Shown here in pieces: positions 10,597 through 20,000 of a stretch of DNA of 64,000 nucleotides (positions are counted from its first letter, which is position 1; the number at the start of each line of letters is the position of its first letter). Origin of the DNA: Promethearchaeota archaeon Loki_b31 (GTDB taxonomy: Archaea; Asgardarchaeota; Lokiarchaeia; Sigyniarchaeales; SOKP01); NCBI GenBank assembly GCA_005222975.1, contig NJBI01000004.1, positions 1 to 64,000 of the forward strand. The letters run 5' to 3'. Under the pieces are notes generated by a model that was given only the letters and a program-made list of their open reading frames with translations, was not told the DNA's origin and did no database searches. The position numbers and the translations under genes were made by a program.

Positions 10597-11115
10597 TCAC
10601 CATTTCTTTTTCAATTGTTTTCGCGTTAGCTTTCTCACTTCATCAATCGCCCAAAATATAAATATACAACAAGTTTTTGACCAGATGTTGTTTTGTCTGT
10701 ACTCGATGTATCCATTGGGATCGCTGAAACTTACGCCACATAAATCTGAACAAACAACAGAACCAAGTTCGTTTTCAAATTCCGACGCGAATTTTGCCGC
10801 TTTGAGGTAAGCTATGGGAATTAGATCGTTATCCATCCTTTCCTTACCCCCTAAAATCACTCCAATCGCCGCACAACCCCCAACCATGGTTCCACAAGCG
10901 CCCATCCATCCTTTCTGGGACTTGTAACCGCCAAGTCCACCCGCTAAAGGAATCATCATGTTATTATATACGCCATTGTGGAGACCTAAAATGTCCAAAA
11001 TATTCGTTAGAGTTAATTCAGCACAATTCACACCTTCTTTCATTTTATGTAGTGATTGTTCTAATTCTTTAATTTTTTCATCAAACAAAAGTTTATAATC
11101 TTTCTCAGTCAACAT
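10597..11115 (-). CDS. C_GCAxxG_C_C family putative redox protein
   Basis: NCAE, GGLGG...CGTMVG, GSVVCSDL, KTCC; ATG 11115 follows GGAGTG. Confidence 0.8.
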   Translation of the reverse strand: MLTEKDYKLLFDEKIKELEQSLHKMKEGVNCAELTLTNILDILGLHNGVYNNMMIPLAGGLGGYKSQKGWMGACGTMVGGCAAIGVILGGKERMDNDLIPIAYLKAAKFASEFENELGSVVCSDLCGVSFSDPNGYIEYRQNNIWSKTCCIFIFWAIDEVRKLTRKQLKKKW

Positions 11116-11131
11116 AAAACACTCCATTTTA

Positions 11132-11641
11132 TTATTTAGGTTCAAATCCACTTTTTAAAATGATTTTTGTAGCAAGCTTAGCTACATTTCCAACGATAGT
11201 AGAGCAATTATCCATCATACCCGCCTTAAACGCTTCTTTCATTTCATCAGCATTCCATAAATTGAATGTCCTACCCATCGTTTTTTCTTGAACATCGAAA
11301 CAGCGACAAGAACCGTATTGTTTAACGTATTTATCGTGTAATTTTTTAACAAGCGTGTAAGATTTCATGGGTTTATACATATCTTTAAAATCTACCCGAC
11401 CCCTTCCGAAGAGATACCCTATTACCATAGAAGATCCAACAAGCGCTCCACAAGAACCATCGCCTGTTAACCCCAAACCATCGGCTAAACCACTAGCAGC
11501 TCTAAAAACATCTTCGTTCCAGATCCCTAACGATTCAAAAATCGCCGCAACTGCCGTTTGAGCGCACCCAGTACATTCTTGCTCGTACTTTTTCCCCAAC
11601 TCAAATGCTTTATTTAAAATCTCATCTTTCTTATCCTTCAT
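11132..11641 (-). CDS. C_GCAxxG_C_C family putative redox protein
   Basis: GCAQ, GSCGALVG, GSCRC, NC. Confidence 0.85.
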   Translation of the reverse strand: MKDKKDEILNKAFELGKKYEQECTGCAQTAVAAIFESLGIWNEDVFRAASGLADGLGLTGDGSCGALVGSSMVIGYLFGRGRVDFKDMYKPMKSYTLVKKLHDKYVKQYGSCRCFDVQEKTMGRTFNLWNADEMKEAFKAGMMDNCSTIVGNVAKLATKIILKSGFEPK

Positions 11642-11755
11642 AATGTATCACTCATTTATTGATAATATCATTTAAATAATGATAAATATAAATCTTTAAC
11701 GAATAATAATTGAATTGATTAGATTATTTTCTCTCTTAATTTAAAGTAGTTTTTA

Positions 11756-12571
11756 TTGACTATCATGACTGTCTTTCCTTATAGGTTATTTCACGCGAAG
11801 TTTGATAGGCTCTTGAAGAGGATACCATTAATAGGCAAAATCCTATCGACAATTTTTGGAATTTTTGAGTTATTAATGTTAGAAATTTTCAGATTTCTCG
11901 ATAATAAGTTTAACATCAGCACTATCAATATAGTAAATAGGTACATCTTTAAGAAAAGATGGGGTGGAAAGGTTGTTCCATTGAACATAAACTTTGATGT
12001 TGATATTAAATTTATTCCTTCTCAAGAAATTTTAGAGCTTTTAAGTAGATCTAATGTTGTTGGAATAGGAAATTGTTATTGTAGAGAAACGCAACGAAAA
12101 CATTCAGATGAGCCTAATTGCGACCATCCTATTAAAACTTGTATACATATCGGGTTTGGAAGTTCTTTACAAGAGATTCCCTATAAATCCGAAAATTTGG
12201 AAAAAGTTACAAAGGAAGAAATCAAACAACTTCTAGAAGAATGCGATCAGAGAGGACTTGTCCACCAAATTATATATTTCCCTAATCCCGAATTTTATTA
12301 CGTAGTATGTAATTGTTGTCCGTGTTGCTGTGTAGTTATGAATAAGTTCTTAAAAAGCGGCTCGCCTCAAATGATCAAAAGCGATTTTATAGCTTATAGC
12401 GACCCAAACAAGTGTAATAATTGTGGATTATGTGAACAATGGTGTTACTTTGAAGCAAGAAAACTCCTTAAAGAAAAATTAACATTTTCCCCAGATTTAT
12501 GCTTTGGTTGTGGAGTTTGCGTTTCTAAATGTCCTGAAGAAGCTATTATTTTAAGGAAAAAATCGCAATAA
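11756..12571 (+). CDS. 4Fe-4S ferredoxin-domain protein
   Basis: CYCR, CNCCPCCC, two CxxCxxCxxxC motifs. Confidence 0.85.
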   Translation: MTIMTVFPYRLFHAKFDRLLKRIPLIGKILSTIFGIFELLMLEIFRFLDNKFNISTINIVNRYIFKKRWGGKVVPLNINFDVDIKFIPSQEILELLSRSNVVGIGNCYCRETQRKHSDEPNCDHPIKTCIHIGFGSSLQEIPYKSENLEKVTKEEIKQLLEECDQRGLVHQIIYFPNPEFYYVVCNCCPCCCVVMNKFLKSGSPQMIKSDFIAYSDPNKCNNCGLCEQWCYFEARKLLKEKLTFSPDLCFGCGVCVSKCPEEAIILRKKSQ

Positions 12572-12623
12572 GATATTTATCAAAAAACTAATAGTTAATA
12601 ATGGGTAAAGTCTTTTTAAAAGT

Positions 12624-13319
12624 ATGAAATCTGACTTTTCAAACAATTTTGAAATTAAAATTGTATACGACGACATCTGTGCACAACCAGGTTTTTTAAT
12701 GGGGTTTGGTTTTTCAGCCTTAATTTATAATAATCTCTCAAAAACCCACTTATTGTTTGATACGGGAGGTAAAGGGGATATTCTAATTCACAACATAAAC
12801 AAGTTTAATGTTAAAGTTTCAGAAATAAAGAAAGTTATAATTTCCCATAACCACTACGACCATGCTGGAGGTTTAAAAGAAATTTATCAAATTAATCACG
12901 ATATTAAAATTTATGTGCCACTCCGCGATATAAAATCTTTCATAAAGGCTTACCCCGAAGCTCAAGTTCAAGGTATTTCTGAAATGATTGAGGTAGACAA
13001 GAATCTTTTTTCATCTGGTCAATTTGGAAGTAGATTCTTAACGGAACAATCTTTGTTTTTAAAAACAGAAAAAAACGATTTAATAATAATCTCAGGTTGC
13101 GCACATCCAGGTTTAGAAGCATTTATTTTAAAGGGTCAAACGATATCGAACAAAATCAAAGCCGTTATAGGGGGCTTCCATGGATTTCGAGATTTTTCTT
13201 TTCTAGAAGGAATTGAATTCGTAGGAGCTTGCCACTGTACGCAAAAAATAAGGGAAATAAAACAAAGATTTTCTGAACAATTTAAAGATATATGTGTTGG
13301 TGATAGTTATTTATTTTAA
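12624..13319 (+). CDS. MBL-fold metallo-hydrolase
   Basis: LFDTG, SHNHYDHAGG, GCAHPG, GGFH, CHCT. Confidence 0.88.
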   Translation: MKSDFSNNFEIKIVYDDICAQPGFLMGFGFSALIYNNLSKTHLLFDTGGKGDILIHNINKFNVKVSEIKKVIISHNHYDHAGGLKEIYQINHDIKIYVPLRDIKSFIKAYPEAQVQGISEMIEVDKNLFSSGQFGSRFLTEQSLFLKTEKNDLIIISGCAHPGLEAFILKGQTISNKIKAVIGGFHGFRDFSFLEGIEFVGACHCTQKIREIKQRFSEQFKDICVGDSYLF

Positions 13320-13508
13320 TTCTTTTCGAATCTCTCCATTAGGAAGTAAATTATCGGGATGGATTTCCCCACTCTCTTCTTTCTGATATCTAATACACTT
13401 CTTATTTCCTATTAAACAGTAATCTTCGACCCATTTTTTTTCAAGCATTCCGTGATCTACAAAATATTTAATCGGGCAACATTGATACCATTTACATACT
13501 TTTTTCAA
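13311..13508 (-). CDS. Small Cys-rich conserved protein
   Basis: CKWYQCCP...YC...CIRY...HPDNLLPNG; TTG start after AGGT. Confidence 0.7.
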   Translation of the reverse strand: MKKVCKWYQCCPIKYFVDHGMLEKKWVEDYCLIGNKKCIRYQKEESGEIHPDNLLPNGEIRKELK

Positions 13509-13617
13509 TTGTTTAACCTAAGAATGATTTTGAATTTTTTTGTGTAATAATAAATATGAATATTATTATTAAGTTTATAGATTATAGGGTTTAAACTTCA
13601 AATATATAAGTTAAAAA

Positions 13618-14055
13618 ATGAAAGAACTGTATGAAATCGGATTAGTATTTCGAGGTTTTGTTTTAGTTAGTCACGTGTTTAAAAACATTGAAAAAAAACA
13701 AAACCTTAAGATTATAAATAAAGATTTAAGGGGAGCTTTTATTTCGGCGATTAATCTATTTGCTAAGAATGCGTTTAACAACTTAAGTTTAGAATATTTA
13801 GAGTCTAATAATATTTTATTTATCTTCAAAGCATTTGAAATACAAGCTTCAGATTCTAATCAGAAAGAGTCTATTATTTTGTATAGTTTAATAGATAAAA
13901 AGAAAAAAGATACGGATAAGTTTGTTAAGAAATTTCTACAAAAAATCGAACCTATTTCACTACTCTTTGTTTCTAGATATAGTAATAAAGACTTTTCAGA
14001 AATCAATCAATTTAAACCTTTCCAAAACGAAATCAAAGAATTTACATATACATAA
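13618..14055 (+). CDS. Longin/roadblock-like small protein
   Basis: Predicted beta-beta-alpha-beta-beta-beta-alpha pattern (GLVFRGFVLV...GAFISAINLFAKNAF...LEYLE...ILFIFK); fold inferred by eye. Confidence 0.55.
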   Translation: MKELYEIGLVFRGFVLVSHVFKNIEKKQNLKIINKDLRGAFISAINLFAKNAFNNLSLEYLESNNILFIFKAFEIQASDSNQKESIILYSLIDKKKKDTDKFVKKFLQKIEPISLLFVSRYSNKDFSEINQFKPFQNEIKEFTYT

Positions 14056-14062
14056 TACAAAA

Positions 14063-15745
14063 TTAAACATTCCATAAACTCCAGCCTTTAGGTTCTGAAC
14101 GCGAGTACACAATAACGCCTTCCATCCTTAATTTATCGAGTTGTTTTTCCACTACTTCTCTCTCGTATCCTAAAATGACCAAATCGTCGACTAGTTTTGT
14201 TTTGGACCGTATTAATTTCTGTTTTTCTAAATGTGTAATAATTATTGTTCTTATATTCACTTCCATTATAGTCTCTGTTGGAATATTCTTTCCTTTTCCC
14301 TTTATTTTTTGAGGCTCTTTTTTTAAGGCGTCGATTAGCGATCCTCCTTTTTGTGAGGGCATTTCTTGCTCTATCACTACAGGTTTTACTACAGATTTTA
14401 CTTTCTTACCTTTTTTCGCGGGAGTTCCGACCGCACCGCTTAAACCTATCTTATCCTCTGGTAGTGTCCAAACTGAATATGTAATTTTTTCGAAAGAATC
14501 AGATTTTTCTGAGATCATACGTTGGAATTCTTCGACAACGCTATCAGTGAGATATCCTCTCTTCTCTAATTCTTTTGCAATGCCCAATATAATCTTATTA
14601 TCTATTAAATATTTGAAAATGTATTCTCTGATGTTTGTCGGAACTGATTCAAATTTAATGGGTTTTTCCACTTTTGCTTCCGCTTCTGTCGGTTGAAGCT
14701 CTACAATGTTGTTTGGAATTTCAAGTGGTGGTTTTTTACCCCATTCGATATCACAGATGCATCTAATACTTCGATCGTATCCTCCAACTATAATGCGTGT
14801 TAAATCTTCTTTTGGATCCTTCATAGTAGATACGATTTTTATTGAATTTTCTGCTGAAGCCTTCCATTTCAGCTCGAGATCGATCGAATTTAGATTGGTG
14901 TTGTGATATACTCGAAGAGTGCCATCTGCACATCCTACTATAATTTCTTTTGCGTTATCACCGTCAATATCAACTAATTTTAAAGATATAGGACGCCCTT
15001 CTTCAAGAGTTATAGATTTTAACTCATCGCCTTCGCTATTAAATATTATTAATTGAGATGCGTCTGTACCTACTACTATTTCGTTGAAACCGTCATTTTT
15101 TACATCGCCCACTTCAATTGTATTAATTTGAGAGCCTAAGTCTTTTTGCCAAATAATATCTGGTTTGCCTTCTTTAAACTGGATTAATTGGAGCATGCCA
15201 TTTTTAGTGCCAATTAATAATCCGTTAATAGGTTTATTCACATCTAACAATTTTAAATATCCTAATACACAAGCAGTTACCCACGAGTCATAATAAAATA
15301 CATACTTAGGATCAGTAGAATCAATGTTTTCGAATATTTTTAGAGTTTTATCTTCGCTACCGTGAATCAATTCAATATTTTCATTTCTAGTGAAATCACC
15401 TGCTGTGACACATAGGACTTTACCCTTAGATTTATAGTTCATAATCCCTGCTAGTTTATTTATACCCTTTACGAATTTTACTACTAAAAAATTACCGTCT
15501 CCTGCTCCTACTAATACTTCTTGGCAACCGTCTTTAGTAATATCTATCGGGAAAGTAGTTCTTACCCACCCATCAAAAGTAATACTATCGAGAATGTTTA
15601 ATTCTTCGTTCATTAAGTATAAAGTTTTGTCATGGCCTCCAAATACTAAATACGAGTCGTCTCCACATTCAAGAGTTGAACAAGTTAAAACTGCATCAGG
15701 GCATTCAAACATCCAATCTAAGTTAAATTGCTTTTTGACCGACAT
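14063..15745 (-). CDS. Beta-propeller (FG-GAP/WD-like) protein with C-terminal winged-helix-like tail
   Basis: Repeated D(I/V)xxDGxxE(I/V)(L/I/V)VG and GxxD(K/G/R) blade motifs. Confidence 0.75.
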   Translation of the reverse strand: MSVKKQFNLDWMFECPDAVLTCSTLECGDDSYLVFGGHDKTLYLMNEELNILDSITFDGWVRTTFPIDITKDGCQEVLVGAGDGNFLVVKFVKGINKLAGIMNYKSKGKVLCVTAGDFTRNENIELIHGSEDKTLKIFENIDSTDPKYVFYYDSWVTACVLGYLKLLDVNKPINGLLIGTKNGMLQLIQFKEGKPDIIWQKDLGSQINTIEVGDVKNDGFNEIVVGTDASQLIIFNSEGDELKSITLEEGRPISLKLVDIDGDNAKEIIVGCADGTLRVYHNTNLNSIDLELKWKASAENSIKIVSTMKDPKEDLTRIIVGGYDRSIRCICDIEWGKKPPLEIPNNIVELQPTEAEAKVEKPIKFESVPTNIREYIFKYLIDNKIILGIAKELEKRGYLTDSVVEEFQRMISEKSDSFEKITYSVWTLPEDKIGLSGAVGTPAKKGKKVKSVVKPVVIEQEMPSQKGGSLIDALKKEPQKIKGKGKNIPTETIMEVNIRTIIITHLEKQKLIRSKTKLVDDLVILGYEREVVEKQLDKLRMEGVIVYSRSEPKGWSLWNV

Positions 15746-15909
15746 GTGTTTATCACTAAATTTTAAAATTTATAAATTTTATTCTGTACAAAATCAATAC
15801 ATAATCTATTAGTCTTAAATATAGAAGTTTTTTCTTATATAAGTTTTTTCAATGATTATGAAAATTTAAAAATATAAATATAAAAAAAAATTAATTTTAA
15901 TTTTAATAA

Positions 15910-18063
15910 CTACAAACCGAGTTGAGCGTCGCTTGGACTGTACGCTCCAGTACCGCTAATTTCATAGGTGATTTCTATTTTCTCTTCAGCTAATAGCTTG
16001 TCTATAGTCCATTTCAATGTGTCTTGACCTACTTCGTCCGTTATCTCAGGTTTCATTGAATAAGTACCGTATTCAAAACTATCAGGAACTTTATCCATCA
16101 AAACAAGTTTCTGTAGAGGTGCAGTACCAATATTTTCGACAGTTAAAATGATCTTGTAATTGCCCAAAGCTCCAATTGGAACGACTTCCTTTCCAATTCT
16201 GAATCTTCTCCTTAAATGTAGGGCCTCGATTACGGGTACTTCTGGCCTAAACTCTAATTCCTGCGAAATTGGGAAAGTATTTGTGAAATATATGATCTCT
16301 GATTCAAATTTGGCGTCTTGTACAGGATTAATACAATGAATTGGATATTGGAATTCTAAAGAAGATTCTGGCGCAAATAAGCCGTTATCGGAGTGTCTTA
16401 GGTCTTTAAGCGTGATTTTAAACACGCTACCGTCGAAGCTAACAGCATTCGAATCTAATTCAATTTCGCTTCCATCCCATATTATCTTTATCTCATCGGC
16501 TTTAGGTGGCTGAAATTCTTTGTTGAAATATTGTTGAACAACTGTTATTTCATTTAATGGAGCAGAACCATTATTGACCATTTTTAACATAGCAATAACA
16601 TCTTTTTCTTTATATGTTGGAACTTGATCTATATCGTACTCCATATCTCCAGTTATACTTGCTATTTCTAAGATTACATCTGAAATTGCAATGGTTCCAT
16701 TTACAATAGTTTGGAAATCAGGCATCACCCGAAATTCAAGTTTCTTTCTAAAAGCAGGATATTCTTCTGATTCGTATGTCCATTTTCTAGAGTGCCATTG
16801 GGCGCCAGCTGGTAACAACGGAACGTCATTAGGATCGATGTCGACATACTTTGTCGATTCGTCGTCTGGAGAATACACATCTGCGTTAAATAATTGAATT
16901 ACAAATTCAGAGGGGTTCTCAAATACGAGTTTACAATCCCACATTCCGGGTTCCTCATCTCTTTCTAGCGTATCTACATAAAATTTATTTCGAGTGTACG
17001 CATCGTATTTATCGATATCTAATCCTTCTGCGAAGGACGATGAAGCTTCGTATGTTACCTCAAGCGTGCCTGTTTTTCTCTTTGTAATATCAGTTACCAA
17101 TATACCACAAGTAAATTTCAATAAAACTGTTGTTTCGGGCATTAACTTCTCAATGTTCCAGACAATTTTTTTACCTTCAACATCTGCCCGTCCTACTGAT
17201 GTATCTTTTATAACTGGATTGCTAAAATCACCAGGAATATTTTTCGTTACTCTTATATTTTTTATGGGTTTTTCGAACAAGCTCCTCATTGCGATCGCAA
17301 AAGTCACTGTATTTTCTTTATCGATTGAAATACCAAAAGCTTGTAATGAAAAATCATCTGCAGCAGTACCACCATCTTCCATAGAATCTTCTTCTTCGTC
17401 TTCCTCTTCTACTTCCTCTTCTTCAACAGTAGTACTTCTTTCTTTAACTTTAGTTCCAGCTTTACTAGTCTTACCTTTTACCTTCAAGAGATCACTTTCA
17501 ATGTCTCTAATATTTAGAACATTATCGGCTTCAGGAAGTGTATTAACGTATTCTTTAACTAAGAGAAGATTCTTGATTTCACCTTTAATTACAAAGTCTT
17601 CCTCATAAGTATTGGTATTTTTGTCTGTTCCTAGTTCTCGTATCTTAATTTCATTTGATTTAAGAGTTGTGCTCTCAATATTTTTTAGCGTTAAATCGAT
17701 ATCCCATATACGGTCCTTCTTAGATTGATTTTCCACGCTTAATTTGCCCTTAAAGTTCATAGATTCGATATTTGCGTCGTGATCTAATTCTACATCAACA
17801 TTTTCAATAATTTTTACTAAACCAGGCAATCCTTCGCGATTGCCATCTTTAAGTAAAATTGAACCCTCTAATTCACCAGTATCTGCATCGTACGTTTCAA
17901 TCACGGGAGTAGAAAGATCTCTATCAATTAATGTAACTTTTCCATCGTCTAGGTCAGATCTTTTTAAACCCTCAGCTATTTTTTCTTCAGCAGCTTCTTC
18001 AGCAGCCCAGCCAGTGCTGGTTCTAGGTGCTGCTCGCGTTTTTTTATCTTTTTTACGTGCCAT
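15910..18063 (-). CDS. Beta-sandwich protein with adaptin mu-homology-domain-like region
   Basis: Segments ENVDVELDHDANIESMNFKGKL and KNIRVTKNIPGDFSNPVIKDTSVGRADVEGKKIVWNIEKL...LEVTYE resemble AP mu C-terminal domain strands. Confidence 0.6.
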   Translation of the reverse strand: MARKKDKKTRAAPRTSTGWAAEEAAEEKIAEGLKRSDLDDGKVTLIDRDLSTPVIETYDADTGELEGSILLKDGNREGLPGLVKIIENVDVELDHDANIESMNFKGKLSVENQSKKDRIWDIDLTLKNIESTTLKSNEIKIRELGTDKNTNTYEEDFVIKGEIKNLLLVKEYVNTLPEADNVLNIRDIESDLLKVKGKTSKAGTKVKERSTTVEEEEVEEEDEEEDSMEDGGTAADDFSLQAFGISIDKENTVTFAIAMRSLFEKPIKNIRVTKNIPGDFSNPVIKDTSVGRADVEGKKIVWNIEKLMPETTVLLKFTCGILVTDITKRKTGTLEVTYEASSSFAEGLDIDKYDAYTRNKFYVDTLERDEEPGMWDCKLVFENPSEFVIQLFNADVYSPDDESTKYVDIDPNDVPLLPAGAQWHSRKWTYESEEYPAFRKKLEFRVMPDFQTIVNGTIAISDVILEIASITGDMEYDIDQVPTYKEKDVIAMLKMVNNGSAPLNEITVVQQYFNKEFQPPKADEIKIIWDGSEIELDSNAVSFDGSVFKITLKDLRHSDNGLFAPESSLEFQYPIHCINPVQDAKFESEIIYFTNTFPISQELEFRPEVPVIEALHLRRRFRIGKEVVPIGALGNYKIILTVENIGTAPLQKLVLMDKVPDSFEYGTYSMKPEITDEVGQDTLKWTIDKLLAEEKIEITYEISGTGAYSPSDAQLGL

Positions 18064-18217
18064 GTTAGATTACCATAATTTTTATATTTCTGTTAAATAA
18101 TTCCATAAATATCTATGGATTAATAATTGTATATTTTTTATAGAATAAATATTCTCACGATAGTTAAAAAAGATTTTTTAACCAAAACATAAATTTAATA
18201 AAAAGTCATTTAATGCA

Positions 18218-18376
18218 TTAAACTGAAAACCCGTTTATTCTTTTAGGGAAAAAACTTGGTTCCTTAAACTTAAATCCACACATTGGGCAAATAACATTCC
18301 TTTTTTTTGCGAAGGAATCGCGGTTTCTAAAAGAAAATCCACAAACCGGACATGTTATTATTAAATTTAATTCCAT
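18218..18376 (-). CDS. Zinc-ribbon microprotein (52 aa), absent from the ORF track
   Basis: MELNLIITCPVCGFSFRNRDSFAKKRNVICPMCGFKFKEPSFFPKRINGFSV*; two CPxCG motifs. Confidence 0.75.
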   Translation of the reverse strand: MELNLIITCPVCGFSFRNRDSFAKKRNVICPMCGFKFKEPSFFPKRINGFSV

Positions 18377-18437
18377 ACTTATCAATAAACCTATAACTTT
18401 TATAATATTAATTTTTGATTTTTTGTGGATTTGAGCG

Positions 18438-19865
18438 TTAAATATGAAGTTCTATCAAAATAAGAAGTAAATCGTTAACATTAATACCGGTAGGTCCCGT
18501 AATAATCTCGCTTTTTAATAGCTTAAAAAAGCTATTGGAGTCGTTATTTTCTAAATAGCTCTTAGTTTTAATTCTTTCGTTATTTATTTGATTAAGTGAA
18601 ATATTATCGACAAGTGCTCCCATTGCCTTACTATTGCCCTCAATCCCATCGAGATTGGCTCCGATAATTAAGAAATTATAATCAATTTCCTTATTTTTTA
18701 CATTGTCAAGAAAACTTAATAACATTTCTTGGTTTCTTCCACCAACTCCTTTTCCTTTTATTGTAACTGTCAATTCACCGGTCCCAATTAGAGCTAGTTT
18801 ATGTTTACCCGGTTTTTTGGTATATGGTTTCAATTTTATTGAAATTAATTCGTGTAATTCCTTTCCAAAATCTACCGCCTCACCTACAATTTCGTTTGTA
18901 AAATAGTCGATGATAAAATTAAAATCTTTCAAATTTGCTGATACTTCTTCGACAACTAAATCGACGCTTCCGATTAAATAAGTGTATATGTTAGTAAAGC
19001 AAACATCGTGTTCCTTAGGGTTTTCTAATCTCGGGTCGCTCAAACCTTTTTCAATTGTTTCTTTTACCGAAGAAGGAACCTTATAGCTTAAATTATACTT
19101 TTTTAACACATCATAAGCTTGGTCGAAAGTTGTTAAGTCTGGAACCGTAGGACCAGAGGCAATAGAATCCAAATTATTTCCTACTACATCCGAGATAATA
19201 AGCGTTATTAAAGTTGCTTTACTAGTATTATGTACTTTTTTTGCTAAATTTCCGCCTTTAAAGTCCGATAGATGTTTTCGGATAATATTTATTTCGTAAA
19301 TTGACGCTCCCGAGGCTAATAATAATGAATTGACTTTTTGCAAATCCTCGAGAGTTATTCCTTGCTTAGGCAAAGGCAATAAGGCGGAACCTCCACCTGA
19401 AATTACACAAATAATTAAATCGCTTTTGGTGGCATTTTCAACAATTTTCACCATCTCCTTCGTGCCAGTTAAACCCTTTTCGTTTGGAATAGGATGGGAA
19501 GCGGGATTCATCCTTATTTTGCTCGAAGGACTGTAGTCTCTTATTTTTTGACCTTCTGGAATGTTGATGAATCCTTCGTATCTTATCTTAGTTTTTCTTT
19601 TCAAAATTTTTTCGAGTGCTAAAGTCATTTGAGCAGAAGCTTTTCCACCTCCAATTATAAAGATATTGCTAAATTTATTGAGATCGAATTTATCCTCCTG
19701 AATATTTAATTTACCATCAATAACTTTAACATTATTCTGGATTAGTTTGCTTGGCTCAACTGATTTAATCGCAATTTCTAAAACTTCAAGCCCTACTTTT
19801 CTTAATTCTAATGTAATTTTGTCTAGGCTTTTAGGAGTTAATTGCGATAAATTTTTAACGAACAA
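18438..19865 (-). CDS. Glycerate 2-kinase (MOFRL/TtuD family)
   Basis: GGGKAS, SHPIP, ISGGGSAL, IASGPT, GGRNQE, TGPTGINVNDL. Confidence 0.92.
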   Translation of the reverse strand: MFVKNLSQLTPKSLDKITLELRKVGLEVLEIAIKSVEPSKLIQNNVKVIDGKLNIQEDKFDLNKFSNIFIIGGGKASAQMTLALEKILKRKTKIRYEGFINIPEGQKIRDYSPSSKIRMNPASHPIPNEKGLTGTKEMVKIVENATKSDLIICVISGGGSALLPLPKQGITLEDLQKVNSLLLASGASIYEINIIRKHLSDFKGGNLAKKVHNTSKATLITLIISDVVGNNLDSIASGPTVPDLTTFDQAYDVLKKYNLSYKVPSSVKETIEKGLSDPRLENPKEHDVCFTNIYTYLIGSVDLVVEEVSANLKDFNFIIDYFTNEIVGEAVDFGKELHELISIKLKPYTKKPGKHKLALIGTGELTVTIKGKGVGGRNQEMLLSFLDNVKNKEIDYNFLIIGANLDGIEGNSKAMGALVDNISLNQINNERIKTKSYLENNDSNSFFKLLKSEIITGPTGINVNDLLLILIELHI

Positions 19866-20000
19866 CTTTGAACACTGCTATTTGAATTATTATTTACTAA
19901 ATTGGACAAAATAATTAATTAAATTTAATATTGTTTGTACAATTTATATCAATTAAAATATAGTATTTATTACTTTATATTAAAGAAGTTGATAAAAAGG

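Noticed and set aside
16994-17608. Long antisense ORFs (16994-17608, 23895-24389, 44151-44522 and the many 60-100 aa shadow ORFs)
   Set aside because: They lie opposite or inside well-supported genes and have the biased composition expected of antisense translations.
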